DNA from: Patescibacteria group bacterium
GTDB taxonomy: Bacteria > Patescibacteriota > Patescibacteriia > UBA10025 > JAHIVO01
Length of the DNA stretch: 64,000 nucleotides
NCBI GenBank assembly: GCA_028718605.1
Contig: JAQULM010000001.1
Span: 337,073 to 401,072 of the forward strand
Reading direction: 5' to 3'
Part shown: piece after piece, positions 39,001 to 47,348 of the stretch
How the letters are laid out: every line of letters starts with the position of its first letter
How positions within the stretch are numbered: position 1 is the stretch's first letter
The notes under the pieces: generated by a model
What the model was told of the DNA's origin: nothing
Database searches by the model: none
What the model saw: only the letters and a program-made list of their open reading frames with translations
Translations under genes and position numbers: made by a program

Positions 39001-42000
39001 CTATCAAACGTAGTATCGAGCGCGCCGGTCGTCAGCAACCGCTTTTCGATGCGCCAGCTCGTCGGGCTGGCGGGATTGAACGTCCGGCCAACGAGGTACA
39101 TAGACGTACCGTCAATCGCAATGCCGTACGCCGCATCACCGCTGCTGCTATAAAGTCGTCCAGTCCCATTAAAAGCGCCTGCTGTGCAAGCGGCAACCCC
39201 ATTGCACAAGTCACCGGTCGTTTTATTCCGTTTCTCAACAAACCAGTAGTCATCGAGAGGCTGCGCTGGTGTATTATTGTCGCGGATCCCTGAAATGTAT
39301 AAATAATTTGCGTCAACAGCAACATCATACGCAATCCACGTATCAGCCCCTCCTGAAATATGCCCATCGCCGTCAAAATCTGTAACAAGATCGCCGTTAT
39401 TGAGCCATCGCTTCTCGATCCACCAATTGTCTGCTTCGGTACTCCCAACCGTATACAGGTACGTCCCGTCGCTGGCAGCTGCGCGTCCCTGGGAGCTCTC
39501 AATGCCACCCTCAACGACCTGCCCGCCTGTGCCGAATGCAGAGCAATCGCGGGTGCTGAACTTGGTCTCGTCCCAAATAACGTTCTGGTTGCCCCAACGG
39601 TCGAGCTTCAGCATCGGGCCTTCGGACGGTTGAGTGTTTGATTCATACACGTTGTAGTATGGCGTCGCAGGATTTGATACCGCCTGTGTGCTGTACGCAG
39701 CAGTCACCCATCCGCCTGCACCACCATTGGCAGCGGGATCCCACTGCCGGAATCGGATATTCGCTGCTTCATTGGCATACCCCGAATCATAGTCCCCCCA
39801 TACCACTTCAGGGATATTATTCGCATCAAGCACGAGGGAAACTCGGCGCCCATAATAGCCTTGATTAGTATTCACCTGTAAATTCGTACGATCATCCCCA
39901 CTCATCGTAACCCATGCCCCTGCTCCAGAATCCCACCTGCGTAATAGGACTGCCGCCGGATCAAGCCATGCGATATACGGTACGCCTGATGTGCTCACGG
40001 CGAGTGAGGGCCGTGCCCCGTCAGGCAGCCAGTTTGCATCAGCGCCGGTCGGGTATGGCGATCCAGCGGGCCCAATATCGGCATTCACCGACACGTCTTC
40101 TCCTGATAAACCCGCAGTAACGTCATCGCTTGCTGTTACCCATCCGCCAGCGCCTGCATTCGCGTCCCCGTTCCAGCGACGGTAGAATATCTGATGGTTC
40201 ACTGCCGTGATATCCTGTTCCCAGGCAATGTGGGGCGTATCGCCATCAAGCGCGAGAGTCGGCATTCCTTTTGAGTCAGTCGGCGTACCGCTTACGTCAA
40301 GATTTGCTGAATTATTATTCATCGGAATCCAACCTGATCCCAAATCCTGCTTATAATTGATTGCCGAGGGCTCTCCCGGTATGCCAGCCCAGGGCCCTGT
40401 CCGATACACGATATGCTTGGTGCCAGACGCACCGATCTTGATCATGGGTGTTTGCGCAGGTGACGCTTGGAATAATTGGGTAATCCAATCTTCCGTTTCA
40501 GGATCCCAATATGTGTAATAGAGCGTGCCTCCCTCGCGCATATTATCGAGACCACCATCCTGCCACGCGATGTGCGGATCACCACTCGGATCAAGAGCGA
40601 GAGATATGGATAAAACGCCTTCCGCCGCACTCGTCACGCGTAAATTCGCAGCACTGCCCGGCGAATCGAATGCGTCACCCGATGCCGTTACCCATCCGCC
40701 TGAAACGAGTTTTGCATAGTACACTTCGTTTCGACCCGTATCAGGATCGATTCCGATCCACGCGACATGCTGGTTTCCGCTCCGATCAACCTCGAGCACT
40801 GCATTCGAACCCTTCAGCGGTCGGCGCGCAAGTCCGCTTCGCGTGACCTTTTCAGGTTCAAGCCATCGAGAATATATATTGAGGTCCGAATGTTCCGCGT
40901 CCCATCCCCACCCGAGCAAGCTGTACAGCTGAATCTCATTGGGATTGACGTCGGGATCGCCAAGGAATTGCTGGGAATCGATTTCAACGCCGGTCACTGT
41001 ATACGGTCCCGCTGTGCCTGCGCTGTTATCATACTGGCCACCGAGCTTAATCCAGCCCCAGTTACATGGCTCCGTCCCGCCTGTATGGCCGCAGGTCGTA
41101 TTCTCCCCGGCTTGCTTCACAGCGACGAGGCGCGCCCACCCCGTAACCTCGTGCGTCGTGCCATTGAAGTTGGCTGTCGCATACGGCCGACACTCGCCGG
41201 AAACAAGGCATGCGTCGCCGGTTTGACACGTCTCATAAATGCACTTCGGCTGCTCATCGCCGATAATCGGACACATTGAAATATCGGACTCTGTGCATTC
41301 AATATCACGATCACTGGAACAAACGCCGTACCGCTGGCCCGCTGCGCCGGTTGTGGTATAACAATACCCATACAAAACATTGCCGGGAGGCGTACCAGCG
41401 ACAGTAACACCAGCACTCGCCTCTTCTGCGGTCGTATCGATACATGTGTTCCCGGTACCGCATTCTGAGTCACCCGCACACCCGCGTTGGGAATCATTCG
41501 AACACACGCCTTCGAACAAGCTGATCCATCCGATTCCAACGCTGCTCGTAACGAAGTCTTTGCGGATGACTGACGTATAATACGGTGCTCCGCCACCGCC
41601 ATTATTCGCAATCCATACCGCATCATCCCCGAATACTGATTGCTGGGGACTGTTAAACTGGGGATTAGCCGCGCCGAGATTGGTATATGTCCTGACAAGC
41701 TGCCTCGTACGGATATCGATTTGATATATCTGGCTATCGGTCTGGTTATTGACCCACATGTACTTGCCGCTCGACGAAATGCCGGACATTGCCTGGCCGC
41801 CCGATGTCAGCACAATATTTGCAACCACCGCTCCCGCGCGATCCATGACAGTAACGCCATTGGTACGCGTTACCCAGATATTCGTGCCGTCGGAAGCGAT
41901 TCCCTCTAACATTGAATTCCCGATGGAATAACTCGCCACAGAGCCATCCACAATCGAAATGCGCGATACAGTGATGTCCCCGTTATTCGGCACCCAGACG

Positions 42001-45000
42001 TACCCCTGATCGTACCTCAACCAGTACGGATTGCTGCTCACGGCACACCGTGTCGGTGCGCCCGTAGGGACCGTGCCGTTACAGTTCAGCTCAGTACTAT
42101 CGCTCGTACGGATCCGGGCAACATTCGCCGTGTTGAAATTGGACACCCACAGGTCCCTGCCGTCGAACGTGATACCCCATGGCTGGCATACATCCGAACC
42201 GCATCCGGAAAGCTGCACCGACCCGCCCTGCCCGATAGGCGCAGCGGTATGTGTGACAGGATCAACTTTTAATACAATCCCGTCTTTCTTGCTGGCAATC
42301 CATAGGTAACCGTCTGCATACACGATCCCCTGCAGGTAGCAGTCCGCTGATGTGCATATTTCATACTCACCGGCAAGCGAAGCGTCTGCAGTGCGGAACT
42401 GGAGTAGCCGCCTGTTCTCGCGTGTCGTTACCCAGACATAGGGACCGCCGGGCGTATCTGAGTCGTACTCGACGCCGTTACCGGAGCCGTATGACTGTTC
42501 CCCTGCGGCAAGTGCCCGCCAGCTGTCCGCCAGGGCCTGTCCCGATGCCGACCACCCATATCCCTCGAGCGGATTGATATCGCGCTGCTCGTCGAAATCG
42601 GTATTAAGGCCCCAGTGCTTCCCGATCGAACAGCTATAATCGGTCTGGTCGTAACGATTCAGGCAGTTCATCGACACCCATCCGAGTGTCGAAGACCACG
42701 CCCATCCTACAATATTATTTTTTACGAGGAATAATGTCGCTTCGCTCCCGAATGCAGTCGCGAGCGAATCCTCATTCTCCGCCTTTACCTTGTAGTCATA
42801 TTTCAAGGACGCCTCAAGCCCCTCGATGATAGTGCCATCAAGATCTGTGCGCCAGTTGGGGCCGCTGGTTGCGTCGCAGGTGCCCCCATTACAATCAGCG
42901 CTGGTTGCGCAACTCGTGCCTGGTTTCGTTCCGCCGACGCAAGCTTTTGACTCGCGCACTGCCCAATGGCCTGACGTATCCCCGTCAACGCAGTCTTGGC
43001 TCGGGAACCAGTCAGCTCCATTGAATATGCAGTCCGCTTTATTCGTCTGCCAGTCGTCCTCCGAACAATACCCCCAGTCATCCGCGAGAGCAGCTTCACA
43101 GTCCGTCTCGTTCGTGAAGGCAGGGTTGCCGCACACACCCCAGTTGACCGTTGTCCTGCCGTCATTCAACCCGTCGTAGCCATCCGGGAATAAATATTTC
43201 GAATTCATTGTTCCGCCATCGTTGTACCGCGACACACAAACTGCATACTTCGTTATCGCCGGATTTTCATCCGAATCGCGCAGCGTCAACCTGACTGACG
43301 ACCCGCTTACCTGCCGCAACAACGGCCGAACCGGCGTATTCGCCCGCGTATACGCACACACGGGAGTATCAGGTTTGCTGGCAGTAATGTCATTCGTCCC
43401 ATCGGCGGCTGAACCAGTGCGATTCCGCGCCTGTACTTGGTAGCAGTATTCCACGTTCGGCACGAGACTGCTGTCAATGACTTGATTGCCGGTAGGGCGG
43501 CCAAAGCTTGTAAAGCCAGACTGCGCGCCGGCGCCTGAATGGCCGAGCGTTTCAAAAAATCGAATGCCGGAACTTCCGATCCCAATGTTTGAAAATGTCC
43601 CGAGTGCACGAACGATCATACTCGTCGGAGTGATATTCGCGGGCGGTATCTCGATGCCTGTCGCAGCCTCGATCGAATTCGCGGCTGATCCAATCGGAGA
43701 ACACTGCCCTTCACGCTCCCTGCTGTCTACGCCACATGCATACAGGTTATACGAAGCATTTGCTGCCATTGTCGTACATCTGCCCCCGCCGTCACAATCC
43801 CCGTCCACTGCGCAACTCGTTCCTTCTTCGGTGCCGCTAACGCAGACCCCTGTTTGCTTGCAGGTCCTGGCGATACTGTCCCCGCATGGCGGATTGCTCG
43901 TGCTGTAATGGTAATGGTCGACGGCCGTGCCAGCAGACTGGGTCCAGGACCAGTACAGCGGATATGTCGGCCCTGCCTCGATCGGATTGTTGGTGTGTAT
44001 CGGCCTCCCCGGAACGCACGGGGGGAGCGTGTCGGTTGCATTCCGAGTATAGTCGGATTCGAGCGTGCCCGATATACCCGCCGCCGCACTGATACGGATG
44101 TATTGCGTCGCTGCACTGCATGCCAGGCTCCGGAATGAAAGAGAAGTCCCGTCCGAAATCTGGTTCCAGACATTTGAATACTGGGTGCCGGTCGAATTGT
44201 CGTATGGCCGGATATTCGTCCATGTGGTTCCGTTAACCGAATACTGGTATTTATAGTATGCGCCTGCTGGGTTAGCTGACGAATCACTGAACGTCGTATT
44301 GCAGTAATACCCACGCGCTAAACTGTAATTGCATGCGATCGACGGATCATCCGGCGGCATCAGTGGCATGCATTCTACAACCTTCGGATAATCCGCCGGC
44401 CAATTGACAAAATATGGATCTCCACTGGGAAACGCATCGCCGTCCGGAAAATTATACGCAGCGTCCTCACCAACCTTATCTTCAAAATTCCTGCTAATTG
44501 ACCGGAACGTGAAGCATTTTCCAGGGCTGAAATACTCTTTTAATTCACGGGGTTCGCTGGATGACCAACCGCAGGAACACCATGGGCATGCACTTGCATA
44601 CGACTTACCCCAATCCGGGATGCGGGGCATGCCGCTGGTCGACTGCTCAGGAGAACATTCGCCGAAAAAGTACGTTTGCCCTTCATCATTTGTCACGGCA
44701 AACGCATAGTCGGTGCTCGATGGATTGTCAGGATATAAACCCGTGCCGGTATTCAGGTACACCTCGATCGATCCAGACGTGACGTCGCCGATCGTCATTG
44801 GCTGGGGATTTCTTGCCCGGCTATACCCCCACGCCCAGTCATTGTCCCAGTACACGTCCCCAACCGGATCCTGGTTATACTCCGGGCTCCGCAAGCTATC
44901 CCGGGAAAATAAACTTACCCCATATTGGCTATTTGGCGCTATGGCGGTTGCCGCTGTTTCGCCGGTGAGTGTCAGGGTGCCCGCACCGCACTGATAAACG

Positions 45001-47327
45001 CTCGAAACCCCCCCAAACAGTACTATCCAGCTAGTATTGGTTATATAGCCGCCGGGCGCTTGGTAGAGCGGAGGCGGGGTGCGGAACGGCGCGCCGAGCG
45101 TCGCCGCACTGCCCGACGGTGTGTTATTGAACGCAACGCCGTACCCGCTGAATTGGTCAAACTCACCGTAGACACCGATGTTATACTCGGTTGTCGACGG
45201 ATTCGTGTTCTGCGGCGGGTGGATAAAATCAAAACCACATCCTACCACGATATTATTCCACCGGGACGAACCGACCGTCGTGGGATATTCGCGGACGCAA
45301 CATTTTTGTCCGGCATCCAGATCGGCTTGCGTGCATGCAGTCCCCTGGCCGAGGTGATCGACGCCATCATATTCGCAATCGAGCGCTTCAAACTCATCAC
45401 TACTGCATTCAGACTTGCAGGTTATCCCTGCCTTGTGGAAATTATACGGCGCTGCCGCGGTCGTTTGGGATACCGTCGTGCTGTACGGTGAGTAGCCGCT
45501 CGAGGCATGCGTTGACCGCACGCGGAAATACTGCATCGAATTTGGAATTAACCCTGAAACCGTCACTGAACACTTTGTCCCGTCATCATACCCAGCCGCA
45601 GTCGTGTTGCACGTCGCCAGGCAGTTGGTCCCGCACGACTGGTCCGTGAACGTCCCGGTCGGTATGGTATACGTGGCTGGATCTGGGCTGGGATTGAAAT
45701 TATTTTCAGTGTCGTACTGGAGCTGCCAGCCGGTTTCATCATTATTATTGTCGAACCATTCAAGTGTTTGTGACGAGTAATTATTCGCCGCCGGCGTCAG
45801 GACGGACAGCGTCGGCCGGCGGTACACCAGTACCGTCAGCGAAGGCCTCAGCGCTGCCGTCGCCGTCCGCACATTATACGTGTAGAAACCGCGATAACAC
45901 CAGTCAGCACTCGACTCGCCGCCAGAAGTGGGAATGTCATCTTCGCGCAGCACAATCTGTGTCTGATTGAACTGTGAAATCGCAGAACTTGGTATGGGGA
46001 TTGAGCGCAGGCAACTTGCCGGCGTACTGGTGCACGTAGCATTGCTCGTCGGCAAACCGGTAGAATTTAATGTCACTTTATTCCCCATCGAGCCTGTCGT
46101 TGTCCAGAGCGCCTGGGCAACCGCGGGAGTCGGCGGCGAAACCCATGAAGACCATGCGTCCGCTCCGGAAAAAGCGGAGATATAGTTGCCGGTTCCCCAA
46201 CTGCAATACGAGCCCGTGTAGTACCGATACATGTAGACATTAAACGTTCCACCAAAAATCTCAGCTTGGTCAAACACATTTAAATTTGACGTGGAAAAGC
46301 TGAATAACGAACGCAGTGCGCCATCAGGGGAAACCATGCTCAGCTCGCGCGCGTCACGCTGCGATGTTAAGGTTACGTCAGACAAATCCCTGAGAGAATA
46401 GCGCAGTAGAACCGGGTACCCATAATATTCACGGAACAGCTCGCCGCTATCGTTGCTTGGCTGCTGTGAAGCTGTATTGTATGTATAGGTAAAATCGACC
46501 ACCACAGGCAGGGTTGCTGTTGTGAGCCATTCAGCACCCTCCTGGTCGATCACCTTAGTAATGTCATAGCCGCTTTCCGCTTTCGTAATCTCATAATGCA
46601 AGCCAAAACTTTGGTTCCCGGGATTGTCCCGCTCGTACATGACCGGGCGGGGCATGTTAAACACGCGGTTTTTCGTAGTACTGTCATGGAAGCTGACGCT
46701 CCCGTCCTTTTCCTCGCGGAAGTAGATCCCCTGCAGTTCGACGTGCTGCGTAATCGATTGCGCAGCTTCGGGCTTGGTGATAACCGCTTCCTCGATAAGA
46801 CTGTCAGCCGTCACGGTATACTTCGCGTCAACCCCGTCATAAATGTCCGGGTAGGTCACCGTATTGCCCTCGGCAACAGCCTGAACTGTTTTCGGCTCCT
46901 TGAACCCAAATGTGACGCCCCGATCCCCGGGGATCGAATACTTGATCATGCCGTCAGCTGCACTGGCGCCCCGGTAGTATGTTTTGAACGCGTTCGTCGT
47001 GTTTTCGTACGCAAACTCGCCGGTCGTTTCGCGTATCGTCGTGTCGATTTCTGCATACCGGCCTTCCGGCGTCTTGTACTGCGCGTTGCCGGAGTAGAAG
47101 GTGATGGCGTTTTTTTCGCTGTCGTACGGTTTCTCAACATAATTCAGCGCGGAATCCTTGACCAAACTATCCAGCTCGAGCTCGGGGTTGGGCAGTTCAG
47201 GCGTAATCTCCTGGGCCGGCTCATGGGTGCGCTGCCAGACCACGAGGAGCAGGCCGCCGCCGAGCACAGCGCTTGCCGCAACGATGAATAATGCGAGAAG
47301 TATTCTTTTTGTCACTTTTTCATGCAT
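36099..47327 (-). CDS. giant (3742 aa) mosaic surface protein / putative adhesin
   Basis: N-terminal TM; WapA-like N-terminal region (YPDIYDGVD.KY, PVVVD.T); Fn3-like domains; Cys modules; GWAW..GW repeats; YVTN-like and delta-60-like propeller repeats; C-terminal beta-helix-like region ending AEQIVYD..PPG. Confidence 0.85.
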   Translation of the reverse strand: MHEKVTKRILLALFIVAASAVLGGGLLLVVWQRTHEPAQEITPELPNPELELDSLVKDSALNYVEKPYDSEKNAITFYSGNAQYKTPEGRYAEIDTTIRETTGEFAYENTTNAFKTYYRGASAADGMIKYSIPGDRGVTFGFKEPKTVQAVAEGNTVTYPDIYDGVDAKYTVTADSLIEEAVITKPEAAQSITQHVELQGIYFREEKDGSVSFHDSTTKNRVFNMPRPVMYERDNPGNQSFGLHYEITKAESGYDITKVIDQEGAEWLTTATLPVVVDFTYTYNTASQQPSNDSGELFREYYGYPVLLRYSLRDLSDVTLTSQRDARELSMVSPDGALRSLFSFSTSNLNVFDQAEIFGGTFNVYMYRYYTGSYCSWGTGNYISAFSGADAWSSWVSPPTPAVAQALWTTTGSMGNKVTLNSTGLPTSNATCTSTPASCLRSIPIPSSAISQFNQTQIVLREDDIPTSGGESSADWCYRGFYTYNVRTATAALRPSLTVLVYRRPTLSVLTPAANNYSSQTLEWFDNNNDETGWQLQYDTENNFNPSPDPATYTIPTGTFTDQSCGTNCLATCNTTAAGYDDGTKCSVTVSGLIPNSMQYFRVRSTHASSGYSPYSTTVSQTTAAAPYNFHKAGITCKSECSSDEFEALDCEYDGVDHLGQGTACTQADLDAGQKCCVREYPTTVGSSRWNNIVVGCGFDFIHPPQNTNPSTTEYNIGVYGEFDQFSGYGVAFNNTPSGSAATLGAPFRTPPPLYQAPGGYITNTSWIVLFGGVSSVYQCGAGTLTLTGETAATAIAPNSQYGVSLFSRDSLRSPEYNQDPVGDVYWDNDWAWGYSRARNPQPMTIGDVTSGSIEVYLNTGTGLYPDNPSSTDYAFAVTNDEGQTYFFGECSPEQSTSGMPRIPDWGKSYASACPWCSCGWSSSEPRELKEYFSPGKCFTFRSISRNFEDKVGEDAAYNFPDGDAFPSGDPYFVNWPADYPKVVECMPLMPPDDPSIACNYSLARGYYCNTTFSDSSANPAGAYYKYQYSVNGTTWTNIRPYDNSTGTQYSNVWNQISDGTSLSFRSLACSAATQYIRISAAAGISGTLESDYTRNATDTLPPCVPGRPIHTNNPIEAGPTYPLYWSWTQSAGTAVDHYHYSTSNPPCGDSIARTCKQTGVCVSGTEEGTSCAVDGDCDGGGRCTTMAANASYNLYACGVDSREREGQCSPIGSAANSIEAATGIEIPPANITPTSMIVRALGTFSNIGIGSSGIRFFETLGHSGAGAQSGFTSFGRPTGNQVIDSSLVPNVEYCYQVQARNRTGSAADGTNDITASKPDTPVCAYTRANTPVRPLLRQVSGSSVRLTLRDSDENPAITKYAVCVSRYNDGGTMNSKYLFPDGYDGLNDGRTTVNWGVCGNPAFTNETDCEAALADDWGYCSEDDWQTNKADCIFNGADWFPSQDCVDGDTSGHWAVRESKACVGGTKPGTSCATSADCNGGTCDATSGPNWRTDLDGTIIEGLEASLKYDYKVKAENEDSLATAFGSEATLFLVKNNIVGWAWSSTLGWVSMNCLNRYDQTDYSCSIGKHWGLNTDFDEQRDINPLEGYGWSASGQALADSWRALAAGEQSYGSGNGVEYDSDTPGGPYVWVTTRENRRLLQFRTADASLAGEYEICTSADCYLQGIVYADGYLWIASKKDGIVLKVDPVTHTAAPIGQGGSVQLSGCGSDVCQPWGITFDGRDLWVSNFNTANVARIRTSDSTELNCNGTVPTGAPTRCAVSSNPYWLRYDQGYVWVPNNGDITVSRISIVDGSVASYSIGNSMLEGIASDGTNIWVTRTNGVTVMDRAGAVVANIVLTSGGQAMSGISSSGKYMWVNNQTDSQIYQIDIRTRQLVRTYTNLGAANPQFNSPQQSVFGDDAVWIANNGGGGAPYYTSVIRKDFVTSSVGIGWISLFEGVCSNDSQRGCAGDSECGTGNTCIDTTAEEASAGVTVAGTPPGNVLYGYCYTTTGAAGQRYGVCSSDRDIECTESDISMCPIIGDEQPKCIYETCQTGDACLVSGECRPYATANFNGTTHEVTGWARLVAVKQAGENTTCGHTGGTEPCNWGWIKLGGQYDNSAGTAGPYTVTGVEIDSQQFLGDPDVNPNEIQLYSLLGWGWDAEHSDLNIYSRWLEPEKVTRSGLARRPLKGSNAVLEVDRSGNQHVAWIGIDPDTGRNEVYYAKLVSGGWVTASGDAFDSPGSAANLRVTSAAEGVLSISLALDPSGDPHIAWQDGGLDNMREGGTLYYTYWDPETEDWITQLFQASPAQTPMIKIGASGTKHIVYRTGPWAGIPGEPSAINYKQDLGSGWIPMNNNSANLDVSGTPTDSKGMPTLALDGDTPHIAWEQDITAVNHQIFYRRWNGDANAGAGGWVTASDDVTAGLSGEDVSVNADIGPAGSPYPTGADANWLPDGARPSLAVSTSGVPYIAWLDPAAVLLRRWDSGAGAWVTMSGDDRTNLQVNTNQGYYGRRVSLVLDANNIPEVVWGDYDSGYANEAANIRFRQWDPAANGGAGGWVTAAYSTQAVSNPATPYYNVYESNTQPSEGPMLKLDRWGNQNVIWDETKFSTRDCSAFGTGGQVVEGGIESSQGRAAASDGTYLYTVGSTEADNWWIEKRWLNNGDLVTDFDGDGHISGGADTWIAYDVAVDANYLYISGIRDNNTPAQPLDDYWFVEKRNKTTGDLCNGVAACTAGAFNGTGRLYSSSGDAAYGIAIDGTSMYLVGRTFNPASPTSWRIEKRLLTTGALDTTFDSDGVVTSAYIAGRFASASDIVISGLHMYVIGYENYDGTNFGSGRWRIEKRLLSTGKLDPMFGNGTGFLTGANAGLVDGDNFSITTDGTYLYISGSDSQAENGRWHLEKRDMKRGELVSGFGGANGDPAGTISVDVGASTEDAHAIALDGDMMYIAGETCDPATGCTSRGWYLEKRLKSTGALCTDGACGVSMDWGNGGAGTVLDWGGWAAYDVVIANPYVYFIGRQDSTDLRVDKRSRATGSLLAANDVSVCTDEAYPQCLERVYRAYVCASSDLMFTKWFPGVRQAGVGWVEFMPATALLGIPWVQTMFSDIYAGTTVELAPPARGSGSYTSTFLITSGQEGEESISGIPGYYSGTETGRPTSGYYQTGFEPLITGTGYPLGEDVLDRINVGRLTDDSDGDGLNRYGNPVVEDMSSGGGSGIVDISASAALSPSAIQPVLDGTVYYFHGADTRYVISNPMEFMKGTAASGTTGGGLFVIDGDLEIRANITYDETGLENVSEMPSAAFIVRGNIYIDPFVTDLGGAFVAIDNPATPEEDGVTSTGRLVPAEEVIESSTDDTDVSSDSVNMTLGTTIRIGKDATATYRGFLRFPLDIPAGSEIIHAYLRLTGNGVSAGDFNSRIYLIDSTNVATFDSANYGNDPANIYNLDTTNSISFPMADWQANAQNTSPDIKSLVQRFIDMPEYAAGNAIGLMLNEGTAANDELAIARAWDDPVTGNEPQLVIDYAPQRVTRPIVDELDDAVAFEPFYNADTLDDCMRFGSYSDTERDFFRFREFDLPKNADIKRASLRSTICGLGSAGFEVRQGLLDGFPGTFDGGNPFDLPLDRATSEEAQTIAAGDWPTGSTIVTSDIADLIETFISRDLYQPGVAGFTEPTIRLRRDPETVGAGEYRGISEVTRTVLEVDYVVPLKVSGLLVAKGFNFDRTYLKDLAAAEQIVYDGRVLANTPPGLSDFSKALPVYQRVVP

Positions 47328-47348
47328 ACGGACGGTACGCCGTGAAAA

